DNA from: Lama guanicoe
Lineage: Eukaryota
NCBI GenBank assembly: GCA_013239625.1
Contig: MU056733.1
Location: forward strand, 1,612,001-1,676,000
Direction: 5' to 3'
Length of the DNA: 64,000 nucleotides
The translations under genes and the position numbers were made by a program. Under the pieces are notes generated by a model, which made no database searches, had not been told where the DNA came from, and saw only the letters and a list, made by a program, of their open reading frames with translations. Shown piece after piece: positions 47,731 to 61,399 of the stretch (position 1 is the first letter of the stretch; the number at the start of each line of letters is the position of its first letter).

Positions 47731-50700
47731 CACACCTCTAAAGATACCTAACACTGGAGCACTTCCCTCCCCCAAGATGCCCCCTGTCTCCCCACCCAGG
47801 CCCTGGCATCCCCCTTCCTGTCTCCAACCCTTTGCTGAGGGTAGGAAGCAAAGGTGCACTCCCTTGCAGACAGCAGCACAGAGCACTCAAGGGAGCCCTT
47901 CTGCCCATCCCAGGGCATCTCATAAACACAGACCGAGTGCAGTCAGGATGACAGAGCGGTCATCACAGGGCCCCAGAGTTAGCATGGTGGGTTCCCCTAA
48001 TGATTTACAGGACACGTCCAGAAGTCTCAGAGCAGGAGCAGCCGAGCAGGAGGGCAGAACTAGCTCGTGTCCTTGGAGATCTCCTTGTGTAACTGTGATC
48101 CATGAATTGCACCTGGGGCAGCCTAAGGGGACCAAAACCCCTCGTTCTGTCCCTTCAGCTATTCTGGGAAGATTTAGCTGCATCCTGCCTCTGATTTCAA
48201 ACTCAGACTCAGATATTCCCGCTTCCAACATCATCCATTATAGCTCCATAATCCACCTACTCAGCTAAACTTTTAAAAGCTACTTAATATTTCAGTTTAT
48301 ACACTCTTTTAGAAGCATAAGTTGAATAGCAATTATGCGAAGAGTCGATCTTTTTGGCTTAAGGTTACCTCTTTTAAGCTGGAAGGTGCCCCCCGCCCAG
48401 GTTTTCATTTTAGAACATCAAAAGTCACAGGATTATTTCTCCCACTGGCACTTTTATTGATTCCAGACATCATGTCTCCAAACCAGTCCTGAATTCTATT
48501 CCTCTTAGTCTGTCTTCTCACACTGACCCCGGCCCCATTTAGTCCTGTGTGTCCAGGGAGCGGAGCAAGACTGCCACCTCCACCCTTGTCAGCAAGAGGA
48601 ACCCGGATGCCCACACCAGGGAGCTGCCCGCAAGGAAACGGACTTTGAAGACCTGGTACTCTGAGGTCTTTGCCCCAAATTTGAACTCGACCTCCTTGGT
48701 GAAGCTTTTATCAACCTTTCCTGGTGGAATTAAGTGACTCCCCCTCTATACACACAGTACTTTTCACCTGGATTGTAATCACCTGGCTAGGTGTCTGGCC
48801 TCCTCCTCATACCCTGAGCTACTCGAGGACACTGTCCCTGTTATCCATGTGTCATCTCAAAGCATAGAATAAGTGCTCAGGAACGTTTGCTGAATGGACC
48901 TAGGTAGACGTAGGAACTGAACAAAGCTCTTCTGCCCACTTCTGCCACCTACAAGCCTGGCGAGAACTCTCCTGTGAGAGCTCTCCATGGGCCTGGCAGA
49001 ACTGACACACTTCAGGGATGGAGATTCCAAAGCTCTCCGGCCCCTCTAACAGGCTCTGGTGCTTTCAGTCACACAGAGCCCTCCTGGTAAAACATGGGAG
49101 ACAGAGACGCACCTGCGAGACAAGAACTCCCCCAGACGAACTATGAACTCGAGGTAACCAACGGCTACAATCTCATCAGCGGCCTAGTGAGCTGTCTGTT
49201 CCACTAAGTTGGTGTTTGAATCAAATGGGAAGTGTGACGCCAGACAGGTGCATGTGCACACACACACACACACTCACTACAGCAAAACACTGCTTGGCTA
49301 AGACTGTCCTTGGTGTCATTCAGTGCTTGTCAAAATACAAATTTCCTTCCATTGCCTCCAATCAGGGCAGGACAAATTGAGGCTATCAACTTATAAATCA
49401 ATGGTGTCCCAGAAGTTCATCTGCAAACAGCCATTGAAAACTCGGACTGAAGAAGGATAAGACCACACTGGAGTGGAGCCCATAAACGCTCACTGAACCC
49501 CCAGGGTAGCAGCAGGCCTTGTGCCTCAGGCAAGGACAGCACCATTAAAGGTTAAAAGACCTCTATGGGCCATGCAGGAAAAGAACTGCCTCTCTTCCCA
49601 GCACGGCCCCACCTCTCGCCCATACCAACCAGACTGCAGTACCGTCTCTGCTCCTCTCCCCTCCTCTTCCCAAACCCACACTCCTGATAAACCCCAATCC
49701 AGGTGAGAAGGGGCTGGACCCGGCGGCTCTGCAAACCCCTCCTGTCCTCAGTCAGAAGGACATGTAACGCTGGTAACCACTAAGTGCCGCACAGCGCCTT
49801 GCGCGCGGCCAGTGCTCAACAAACGTGCAAAGGACAGGCCTACTCTTCCCGATCTTTTCCCCATGTTTCACTTTCTGTGTGTCTTTTCTCTGTTTTGCCA
49901 GTCAACGCCCAACTGGGAGCTAATTACATGACAAGTGGCATGTGTATCTAAATCCCAGCAGCAAAAGCACTGAACAGAGATGTGGCAATTATTCCTAATG
50001 ACTGAAAGGAAAGGGAAGCTGAGCACACCCTGGACTCAAAACCCCCAAACTCAAAAGGATGGCTCAGAGGAATCCCAACAAGAGCCCCCTTTGCCACGCT
50101 CAGCAGCGGCCCTTCCTCCTGTGGGCCGGCGCTGGATTTGCCACCTCCACACTGATGAGGAAGTCTCTGGGAGGGGGAGGTCAGGCCAGAGAGGAAGGAG
50201 CTCACAGCACTGTCATTGGGACATGGGGGAAGTGGGGACACAGGCCAGACGAGAGATCTGGAAGGTCTCAGCCACCTGTCCGGGAATGACACCTCTAATA
50301 GAGCCAAGTGGGAAGCTGAGGTAGCAGACAGGTCAGGAGCTGACCCCCCAAGGCTGCCCCCCGGGCGGTGGAGAGCTCTGAGAAAGGCCTGGGCTGCAGG
50401 TAAAGCCCACACTTCTTGCTGCAGATCCCCCCCATGAACAAGCCCACTGGGTGACCGAGAAAATGATCTTGCCTCTGGGCATCAAGGATCTCTCTGTCAC
50501 CCACTGGTAAGACAAAATCAAGTGGCACACAGCAACTGAGTAAAAAGTAAAAGCACTGCCGAAGAGGGAAGAGGAGGGGGAGCTGGAAAGACAGGAGGGA
50601 AAGTCATGCCTGCCCCTCCTCCGTTTCACAGCAGCCCTGCAGCACCTTGGGGTGTGGCGTTCTTCTGCAGCCATTTCTCCATTGCACCCCCTCTCTAGTT

Positions 50701-50789
50701 ATCAGGGACAATTCCTACCCCGCCACCAGAGACCCCCGAGACACCCCCTCCACCCTCTAGTCATTGTGCCCCATGTGCCCAGGACATAC

Positions 50790-50877
50790 CCACAGTCTAC
50801 CCAGCAGATGGTGCCTTGTCCTTTCACGGCCTGGGCCACAGTAGACAGTAACCTGAGATGACTTTCAGCGGCAGCCT
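50790..50877 (-). CDS. PDIA5: PDIA5 exon 3 (88 nt)
   Basis: ttacag|AG GCT GCC...GAC TGT GG|gtatgt; (E)AAAESHLRLLSTVAQAVKGQGTICWVDC(G). Confidence 0.96.
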
Positions 50878-53766
50878 CTGTAAAAATACAAAAAACTTAA
50901 GCATCTGTACCCAAACACACCAGGGCTACCCCTGCCATCTTCCCTCAGGGGCAAGGAAGGATGGAGACCAGTCCCAGGGATGAGGTCTTGAGCACCGGTC
51001 AGAACGTCGTCCCTGGGAGCAACAGCTCTGTGAGGACAGCCCAGCTCTTCTCAGAAGCCCCTGCTCCCGCCACCCTCACAGACACAGAACCCCCTCACCC
51101 CTCCTTCAAGCCACAATGCACTGTTCCAACAATCTCTCAGCCAGAGCCTCAACTCCCAGTAGAATCTCCGACTCATTACCTTTTTGGGACACATTTTGAA
51201 AATTCTATAACCGAGCAATTACGATTCTATAACTAAAGCAGGGAATGAGTTTGCTGATTCCACACTCGTCTGTCCTGGGAGCAGACAAGGCAGGTACCAG
51301 ACCCTGCCTTCATTTGTGCATCACACACTCTCCCAGGGGCTTGGTGCAATGTGAGTAAATGAGGTTTACAGGTGACACTAGTCTCCGATGGACCGATGCT
51401 AAGTGTACCCAAGTCACTTTCACAGCCCACTTCCCCAGAAGCGATAGGGTCCAAGAGGCAGCCCTGACTAGAGATCAACAGCAGGACAGTGGACTACGCC
51501 TCGGCGCCAAAGGGACCAGACATAAGGAAAGAAGAGGTGTTGGGGCAGAGCCCTGGAAAACTACTGTAGGAGGACAGGCTCTTAGAGACGGAGCCTCTGC
51601 GGCCAGGATTTCCACACTGCCAGCCGGCAGCGGTCCACTGCAGGTGAGCCGTGGCTAGGCTGTCACCTTCCCCTGTCACCCCTGTGAGCTCCCTGGAAAG
51701 GGCCTCCACGCAGACACTGTGGGGAGAAGAGGCGGATGCCTTTCCCTGCTGGAAACCACATGGATGCATCTCAAGCCAAGCAGGAATGACATCTGAATGA
51801 CTTGCCTCCTCAGATCTCCTTTTCTAGTGCGGATAATGGTAGTTGTGTGTGAACACAAAACATGCTGAGCCTTTCATGGAGTGAATGGAAAGCATCCTTC
51901 AAACTTGCACAGAGCCACCTGAAGAAGGCCCTCCTAGGAAGCCCCCCAGGCCAACAGGAGGAGGGGGCGCAGCCGAGGTGGGAAAGGCCATCCTCCACCC
52001 TTCAGACTGGGCTCTGGGAGGTGGGGGAGGGAAACTAGAGTAGGGCCATGTGAAGCCCCCTCCCCAACCCTGCATTTCAGCTGTGGGTGAGGAGGCACTG
52101 CTTGGAAGGAGGGAGGCAGGGAGGGGAGAGAATCCAGTTACTGCGCTGCTCCCAAAGCCACTGGAGGTCGCCAGGCGCAGGAGCAGGCCTGGGCAAGAGG
52201 CAGGAAAGTAAAATCATCACCCAAGTCCACACCCAGCGGCCCGAAGCAGGGAGGAGCTGGGTACTCCAGGAGCACTAGGAGCTCCACTATCCACAGGCAG
52301 AGAAGAGAGAGCTCCCAGCCCCGCTCCCACCCTGCAAGCCCCCATAAGGATACTTCGCCTTCCCCGCTCTACTTTCCCCAATCCTCTGGTCATCACAGTA
52401 TTAGCACACTTCTTCGGGCCGTCCAGCAGAGGAAGCCAGGCAGACGTGGCAGAGGGACCAGCTCTACCATTCACTGGCTGGTAAACCTCAGACCAGTTAC
52501 GCTCCCTTTGCTTCAACGTCCTCCTCTGTAAACTGGACGTTACCTGACAGCCTGCACTGCCACCCTCATGGCAAAGTGGCAAATAGGAGTGTATTACAGC
52601 AGCTCCTGGCAGAGTCCTTCTGAGAAGATAAGCATGTATGAGGGACCCGTCCAGAGAAGGAAGTGAGGTGTTCCTGGGTGGGAATGACAACTGCCCAGCT
52701 CCAGGAGCATCCAAGGGGGCTGAGCCATGTTCATTCGGGGCCTGAGACTCCCAGCCTCAGGAGCAACTCTGCTTCTACCCTGCCTGAGTTCCGCCCATTC
52801 CCCACAGCAGAGGAATGCTAGTCACACGCTGGGCTCCCAAAAACAACCCCAGGGGGTGTGCACCAGGCCCTCAGAAGGGCAAAGAGCAGCGCGTGCCCGG
52901 GGGGCCTGGAGGATGCAGGCTTCAGGAGGTACACACATCCAGAACATCCATCAGCCCCTGGTGCCGGTGAGTACCAAGGATTAGCTGCCAGGGAGAGCTG
53001 TGCCCGGAACCGGCCCAGCCACTGGCTACTGCTTCTTAGGATGCAGAACACTTGGCATCCTTGAGAGCAGCAAGAACACTTAACTCTGCTGAAACAGCAA
53101 CAACAGTTAGATGTTCAAAGTTGTGGCCAAGAGCTGAGCAAACCTCTCTCCATCTATGATGCCCTCGCCAGCCTCAAGGTCAGAAGAGGTAAACGGCTAC
53201 TCCCACCCCAACTGAAGCTGCCTTGTCCAAGTATGGAGCCCACTCCAAACTCAGTCTTGTATTCTGACCCCAGAGTGGGACAGATGGGGGCCAGGCAGGG
53301 CTAGGGTTGCCAGCCTGGATGTGTACTTCCAAGCCTGGGACCAATTCAGCTGGCAATAGGCCAGCCCAGTCAGTTAATCAACAGCTCTGGTGAAGCATGC
53401 CCTGGCAGGGCTGGTCGTGCCTGTCCAGAAGCAGAGCATCCATCCCTGGTGGTCACTGTCCCCTATCCTCCTTCACACACATGTCCTCTCCCTCCTGAGG
53501 TTCCAAGGGACTCCAGAGGGCTTTTCCTAAGAAATTTTGGTAAAAGGGAACTGAAATGACCTCTTAGGGTCCAAAAGCAACAGAATTAATGCCCCTCCAT
53601 GCCTCTGCCTCTGTATTCTAAGGAAAGCTGAGAAGCCATGTGTCCCTCGGACCCTCCCTGAGTGATTTCTAGTCCTGATGTCTCCACCTTCCACCTATGC
53701 CTCAATTCCTTCCCCTTCATCCACCACATCCCTGACAATCGCCCCAAGGCCAGGAGGACAACTCAC

Positions 53767-53893
53767 CAGATTTGGAGTAAAGCACCAGTACGTTATTCCG
53801 GGTCCTGAGAAGTTTTTTCAAGTCCTTGGGGTCAGAGATTCTCTCGATGAGTGAGGAGAACTGTATGGAGGACAGCAGCGTCGGCAGGACCAC
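53767..53893 (-). CDS. PDIA5: PDIA5 exon 2 (127 nt): end of signal peptide and start of non-catalytic b domain
   Basis: ccccag|GTG GTC CTG...AAA TCT G|gtgagt; VVLPTLLSSIQFSSLIERISDPKDLKKLLRTRNNVLVLYSKS(E). Confidence 0.96.
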
Positions 53894-54121
53894 CTGGGGA
53901 TCAAGGAGCCAAGGCCTGTGAGTCCCAGGAACCGGCTGGGCTGAGGAAGAAGGGGAGCCCCAGATGTGCTGCCTCCAGGCACAGTTTACTTGGGAGGGAT
54001 ATGGGCACCCCCACCCTTCTCACAGCCCTACACCTGCCTTTCACCTCATCCCCTCTCCAAATCACCCTGCCCCCCGGAGCTCCTCCTGGCCCAGTTCCGC
54101 TCACCCTTCTTCTTCATGCAC

Positions 54122-54248
54122 TATTTGTTTTATTTTGTTTTGTTTTGTTTTTCCTTTTTTTTTTTTTTAAGTGGAGGTACTGAGGGATTGAACCCAGGAC
54201 CTCTGCATTGTAAGCATGTGCTCTACCACTAAGCTATTACCCTCCCCA
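54122..54248 (-). mobile_element. tRNA-Ala-derived SINE
   Basis: Reverse complement GGGGAGGGTAATAGCTTAGTGGTAGAGCACATGCTTACAATGCAGAGGTCCTGGGTTCAATCCC...A tail; flanking tcttcatg repeat. Confidence 0.92.
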
Positions 54249-55099
54249 CTCTCTTCATGGACATTTATGAGGTCGGATGGACTGCACAGGTACACAAGCC
54301 TGTTGCACAGATGTACTAGCCACCCTTTTAATCAAGACCTCTCTGGGAGGTCACCCTCTGTAACCCTACCTTGCACCCAAATGCCACGCACTGGAGCAAC
54401 TGTGAAAACTCCATCCCACCCAGGAGTGCCAAAGCCCCAAATCCACAGAGAAGTACCTCTTAATGTGATCCCATTTAGGATGGGAATGGATGGTGAGGGG
54501 TCTTCCACTTTTTCTGCTTTCCCCACTCAGCCAATGAACTCAGGAGAGCAGACAACAAGAAACAAGACAATTCTCCCCCAGTAAACCCTAAAACCTTGGG
54601 CCCTGGAGGGTCTAGGCACCTCTGCAGGCAACATGAGGGATGGGCTGAAAGCAGGAGCAAGGGGCATGGGGTTAAATGTCTGAACAAGAGCTGCCACCCA
54701 GCAGATTCCCTCATCCAGCCCACAGCTGGCCTACAGCCTTCTGCCTCACAGTTACTACCTTAAGGGACTGAGTAAGAAAAGCTCTACTGGGAGACACCAG
54801 CAGAGGTGGGAGAGCATAGAAACAAACTGAACCTTGAGATCACTTTGAGGTCACCCATCCCCCCTCTAAGCCCCTGGACCTCAGCATCCCTCTTCCCTTT
54901 TCCAGAATTTTGCCAGTCTTATTTCCCCAAGCAGGATTTCCTCTAGGTTAACTGAGCAGCACAAGAAAAACAACCTAAAGACAGGGATCTGAGAATCCTC
55001 CAACGCAACGGCGTGGTTTCCACTCAAACACCCACTGTCAGGCATCCCAGGGAACAAGTGCCCTCCATCCCCTGCCCACACCCAGAGTCGGACCCACAT

Positions 55100-56120
55100 G
55101 ATACGCCGCGCTCTTCAATGCAGACAGATAGCAAAGGTTCACCAGATATCTGAGGGAAGCCCTCAACACAAAAGACGGAGATGAAAACAAACTGATGGAA
55201 ACATAAAGCTGAAAAGAAAAAGGACAGAAGAAAACAACGAAACTATAATTACTATTCTCAGAGAAATAAATCGGTACATCCGTAAAACAGGAATAGAACA
55301 CTACGAGAAAGGAACAGACAAAGAGAATGAGGAAAACCTCTTAGAAAGTAAAACCCTCAAAGGAATAAAAAATTTCAATAGGGTTGAAAGTAGAATCGAA
55401 AAAAACTCCTACAAAAAAATCAATCAAAATGCAGAACAGATAAACAAGACTGTACTGTGTAGCACAGGGAAATATATTCAGGATCTTGTGGTGGCTCACA
55501 GAGAAAGAGAATGTGACAATGAATGTATATATGTTCATGGATAACTGAAAAATTGTGCTCTACACTGGAATTTGACACAACACTGTAAAATGACTATAAC
55601 TCAATTAAAAAAATGTTTAAAAAAATACATGGATCCAAGGGAAGAAAAAAGAAATAAAAAACAGGATAAAAAGAAGAAAGTGCATCCATTTAGCACAAGA
55701 GCAAAATTAAAGGAACTACAGAAAATGAAGGCAACAGAGGAAAAGAAATTATCAAGGAAATAATTCAGGACAATATCCCAGAACTGGAGGGATGTGCGTT
55801 TCCAGGCGAGAAGGCCCAGCAGCATGAATTTAAAAACACTCTCTCCAAAGTACAGAACTGAAAATTTTCAGCTCACTGCTGGCAAAGAGGAGACTCTGAA
55901 CATGTCAAAGAAAAAAAGAAACCACATACAAAAGATCAGAGTCGGAACTGGCACAAGACTGCTCATCACACCAGAAAGAGTGACGCACAGCCTCCGCAAC
56001 GCTCAGACAGTGTGATTTCCAGCCAGAACTCAATGACCAAACCACCTGTCAGTTGTGAGCAGAGATTTGCTCAAACAGACTTGAGATCTCAGCCGTGAAC
56101 AGGAAGCTACTGGGACCTGC
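55100..56120 (+). mobile_element. Ancient L1/HAL1 ORF1-like relic hosting the 55425-55625 insertion
   Basis: A-rich strand bias; decayed motifs resembling ORF1 (ATTCAGGACAATATCCCAGAACTG like ENFPEL; CACATACAAAAGATCAGAGTCGGA like TYKG..IR). Confidence 0.5.
55425..55625 (+). mobile_element. Short L1 3' end (family related to 35889-36329)
   Basis: GATAAACAAGA...TAGCACAGGGAAATATA...TGGAATTTGACACAACACTGTAAAATGACTATAAC...AAAAAATGTTTAAAAAAA. Confidence 0.88.
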
Positions 56121-59100
56121 GTCCTACTAAAACATTTCAAAAGAGACAGAGAGAGAGAAAGGCACGGAGCCTAGGAAACAAAGGACCCAACACGGGAGAG
56201 AAGCAAGAAGTACCACGCTGACAGTGAAGAGGAGTCCCAGAACAGCGGTCCCGCACCCTACACAGCAACCAGCCCAGGACGGGGCAAGGACAGCGGGCTA
56301 TGGAGGCACGTGGGCAATAAAAAGAGGCAAAACAGACCACAGATGATCTGACATGCTTGTTCATATTGATCAGCTAAATAATCTGACCAAAGTCACCCAG
56401 CTAATAAGCAGCAGAGCCAGATCTGAAAACCCAGGCTCCCTCAGGCCACTTCCTCTTTGTAGCCAGGGTGGTGCATTGAGTCTGAGCTCCACCACTCAAT
56501 AGTTAAGATGCTTGGACATCACTCAGCCTCCTGGAGGCTTAGTGCTTCCCATCCGACATGGAGATAATGCTACCTCCCTTGTGGGATGGCTGTGAGGATG
56601 AAATGGGGTAACTTATCGAACACACTTTATAAATCATAAAGCATTCTAATAGCATCTGTAATACATAATATACATTTCCATCTCAGCAGAAGAGAAATGT
56701 GGCCATATTCTAGTGTTTCTAAATATAATCTGCCACTGGAATTCAACAGTTACCTCTCCCCAGGGTAAAGCCATCGGGGGAAGAGCGGAGGGATGATTTC
56801 TCCCTCATTCTGGCCCCATGCGGCTGTGCACGATGCCCGAGGACCCCCTGCTCCCACGCAGCCCATCTTGAGAGCTCACCAAAAGGTTCTTTCCACCTTA
56901 TTATTACATGTTATTCCACTGCTCCCAGGGAGTTAATGGACATTAGACTAAAAGGTCCAAAGCCCAATGCACATGGGTAAAGGTAAAAAAGAAAACAATC
57001 TACTGGAAAAATGTGTTGACACTGCTGTTTTTAATCCTCAAATAATCTGGCCAGTTAAGAACAACAATTGCCTTTGCCCAGTGCCTCTGGACTCCAACCC
57101 ACAGAGCAGCCCTCCGGAGACCGGCACCTACGCTTCTGGACTGGGGAGAAGGGCAGGGGAAGGGCGGGCAGGCGGGCCCCTGGGCAGCACAGCAGCCTGC
57201 AGCCGGGCCAAGCGACAGCAGAGTGCCTACAGCAGAAACCACAAGAGCACCGAGTCTCAGGGCTTATCCACAGCTTCCTTCCTAGAAAGCCCAGAGAATC
57301 CCTCAGGTCATCCAACCAAAGGCCACCCTCAGAGTAAACAAACCACATTCCAACCAGCCACAAAGCCACTGACCCAGTGTTTGCCCTCACACAACAGAGA
57401 ACCTCAGCTCTACCAGAAACACACTGACACTGGGGCTTAAACTGGGCACTGCCTGTGGCCGGCCTGGTTAAGAACCCTTTGTAGAGGGTCCACCTCCTTA
57501 TCTCACTCCATCCCTATCTCACACCCCCTAGACTAGGAGCACCTGGCCCCCTGCAACCCCACAGGAAATGTTGTCCAGCATAATAAGCAGGACAAGCACA
57601 CTGGTTACCACACCCTTGACCTTTGCAGGGGTCTCCTGCTGCGAGCATGTTACAAGGCAGAATCCATGCAACTCTTGGGAGACCCAGAAGGGACTACAGA
57701 AACCAGACAGACCAAGGAACAGTCAGGGAGGGTCTGGGCTGGAACGTGATGGGAAAGGGCAGGTGGGGACAGGCGCCGGGGATCTTGAAAACCTGGCTCA
57801 AGACTTGAGCCCCATCTGGCTGTGACCTCAGACTGGGCAGCCTCCAGGGAGGCTGGAGGTAGAGAGACCCACTGGGTGGCTGCCCAAAGGAGAGAAATGC
57901 GTCAGTCCTCGAGGGAAAAGCAGCAGAACTCAACAGCTATTCATATGTAAGCAAGGAAGGAAGAGAGAAGAGGTTAAAATGACCCTGAGGATTCCAGGCT
58001 CAGGGAACAGAACAAGAGCCAAAAACGGAAGTACTGGGAAGCAGCAGCTGCAGAAGAGGCTTTTGTCTTACGTTGAGGAAGATGACAATAAGCTCAGGCG
58101 TGGGCATGTGGACATGACGATGCCCCAGTGCAGGCATCCTCCAGGCTGGGAGTGAGCCTTGAGGTCAGTGAAGTCTCAGAGGTCGGGGTCCAAGGGGAGA
58201 AGACAAGGAAACTGCTCAGCTGAGGAGGAGGAAGGACCAGGAGGAAGGTCGGGAAGACGGTGGGAGGTGTCACATCAACAGGGAGCAGGGAGGAGACACA
58301 CAGAAAATCGGGTGACGGAGCTGCAGGGAAAGGGCAGCACCAAGTCTCCTAGGAGAGCATTCTGGTGGGGGTGCGGGGACAGGGGCGGAAGCCAGGCTGC
58401 AGAGAGAAGCCCACTCAGTGCAGGAGGAGCACAGAAAGATGAGCTGTCTCCACTGCAGACGGAGAGCTGTGTGGATGTTTGTGGGCACAGGAGGGGCAGG
58501 ATTTGCCAGGAGAGGATTTGAAAATTTGGGAGCAAGAGGCAAACAGTCGGGATAGGCAGATCCAGGGGAACCAAGGGGCTCAGCGCACAAAGAGCTAAGA
58601 TGCTCGGTTTAGCATCTCTGAGAGGAGGGAAGGAAAGGCCCCGGTGTCTTGCCCCAGACAGACCCACACCTTAGCAAGCAGCCACGGGGGCAGCCGGGAG
58701 AGGGGCCGTTTCCTCCCTCCTCTAAACCCAGGGGACTCTCCTCTAGCCACTTAACATTCTTTTCTCCTTCCCATCAGTCTATTTCAACCTTTCCAGTGTG
58801 CACGCTCCTTCCTTTCCTTAAGATACAGTTCCAGTGAGCCTTGGGTAGCCTTGCCAAGCAGACTTCATAAGTCACAACCCACAAACCCTGATGACAATAA
58901 CTAAGGCAACAATAACAACGTTAGTGATGCACAAATTCTCTGCTGTGCCAAGCCCGCAGCAGGGAGAGGGCAGTGTTTGAGAAGGAAGCCAGGCACCTTC
59001 TGTGCCAGCTGTGGAACTGGGTTTAGCAGGATCTTTACATTCTAAGTCTTTTCGCTTTGGAGACAGAGGAGAGAAAAAAATCCCCTTTGTTCACCATGCA

Positions 59101-59689
59101 AACTCCTTCTGACTCCCCCCACAATAACTGCTTTCTTTCAACAACCCCCAGCCTTAAAAGTATTTACATCAGGGCTGAACAGCCCGCATGGGTTGAGATG
59201 AGACCCATAAAACCCTCCCAGGGTGCAGAATAGAACACTGCTGGGAAGGACGGATCCCTCCTCCTCCTGCTGGGAAACACAGGTCCGCTACGCCAGGTCC
59301 TGCCTGCATCAGCCACCCAGTGCCCCCCATCAGACTACCAGTCTTCCCAGCCCCCAACCCCTGCCACAGTACAACACCCGCCTCAGAGCACCTGGCCCCT
59401 CCATCAGAGTAGCAGCTCCCTGCACCCCAAGCCCCTTTCCCCATCAGAGTACAAGGCGCTCTCCAGAGCCCAGCAGCACCCAGGGTACCTGGCACAGAAG
59501 TCCTTAGCCTCACTCTCCACCACAGCTGGAGGCCATGGGGCAGAGGGCACTGGCTTCTCTCCTCACTTTCCAGACTCCCTGCAGTGCCCCCCTAGCAGAT
59601 GCCTGCTCGGTTCAGGATCCACCAAACAACCCTCTAGCCTAAAGCCCACCCTCATCCCCCCTCCCTCTATGGTTTTGCCCACCCCTCAG

Positions 59690-59940
59690 ACACCATAGAA
59701 AGACCACTGCTGCTGAAGTCAGACAGACCTCGGGTCAAACCCGGGCACCATCACTTACAGCAAGATGATCTCAGATGTTATGAGCCTTCAGAGGGCCATT
59801 TTCCTGCCTGTGAAATGGAGACGGTAATACTGATACCTGCCTTACGGGGTTGGCTGAGGATTAAATGAGGGGGAAAAAGTACACAGAGAACCTAACATAA
59901 CGCTTGGCACACAGAAGCACATAATAATCATAATTATCTG
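59690..59940 (+). mobile_element. MIR relic
   Basis: gtcagacagacctcgggtcaaaccc...cctgtgaaatggagacggtaata...tgaggattaaatgag...cttggcacacagaagcac. Confidence 0.78.
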
Positions 59941-60169
59941 TAGGAGTACTATTAAGGAGACAAATCACAGATAGAGCAAGGACAACAGTAAAACGGGCAC
60001 CACCTTTTCCTCTCCAGGGCCCTGCCTGCAATCAGGCAAAACAGCACATCCAGGCAGGAAGAAATGTGCACGTATACACATCCAGCCTCAAAACAAGACT
60101 AATCACCCATCTGCACAGCGACCCAGACCAACAGGCCACGCACCACATGGAGGACGGTCCTTCCAGGTT

Positions 60170-60320
60170 TTGTGCCCATTTGCCTCTCACAATAACCTGA
60201 TAAGTGGGCATAAGCCTCATCCTACAGATGAAGAAACTGAGGCTCAGAGAGGTTAACTTACCAAAGTCACACAGTAGGTCAGTCACAGAGCTAGGACTAG
60301 AGCTCAGGCCTCCCAGGTCC
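60170..60320 (-). mobile_element. MIR relic
   Basis: tacagatgaagaaactgaggctcagagaggttaacttaccaaagtcacacag. Confidence 0.8.
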
Positions 60321-61399
60321 TGGCCAGAGGTGGTCTGCCTCTCTCCACCCCACAAGCTCCCTGGACTTGCAGCAATCCAAGGGGACCACCTTCCCCAGAG
60401 CACCTCCTTCCCAGTCTAGACCCATCAAAACACAAATCTTCCAAAATCCCCTGACAAAGACGGTCTCAGCAGGGATTTACACTAATCCTCTGCTTCCTGC
60501 AGGCCCAGAGCACCCTGTCAGTTGGCCCCCTTCTCAAGGCCCTGGGGCAAGTAGCCCAGATCTGCTATTAATCAGGTGGGTGCAGGGGCCCAGCTCCTTT
60601 CTGCCTCTCACTCTCACTCTCTAGCACCCCGTACACACAAGCTCCTCTCTCTTCACTTAACCTCACTCACCATCACCACCAGGCTGGAGCTAAAGAGTCG
60701 TACAATTCTGGAAAATAACAGGGAGAACAGTAATTGCCACATTACACCCTCAGCTTTAAAAAGCTCCAGATCTCTGGGGCGTGTGCCAGCACCCTCAGAT
60801 TCTCGATAGCCAGGAGCCTGCCTGTCGTTTAAGACTCACTGTTCAATGCAGATCATGCAGCTAGAGGTATGCAATTATGCAAAAGCAACTTGCTGAAGGA
60901 AGAAGAGTTGAGGACAGAAATCTAACATTTAAGAAAAAGGGCGGAGGTGGGACTTGACCTTTTTTGCTCTGTCACCTGAAAAAAGATATCCTTCTTATGT
61001 TGGGAGCTGTGAAGAAACTGGTTTAATTTAGTGTAGCCCACATTTTGCTCAAAATAGTTTTGAAATGTCAGGATCTCAATCTAGACTTTTAGGAGCTGGT
61101 GGTAAAGGGATCCAGGAATAAGGTTAAAAACAGATGACCTGAACCTGAGGTCAGGGAACTCCAGCTGGCTGAGTATTTAGAGCTGGAAGTTTGGTAGCAA
61201 GAGTCAGAAACCCAAGTTTTGTGCTGGTTTTGATAGTGACTGGCTGTGTGACCGTGGACAAGCCATCTCTCCTTCTCTGTTTCTTTGTAAAATGAAGAGG
61301 TTGAAAGTGATTTCCAAACTCCTTTCGAATTGTGATATTTTGCAAACCTGTTCTCATGACCACTACCAGAGAAGTACCGCTAAGTAAATTACACTTGTG

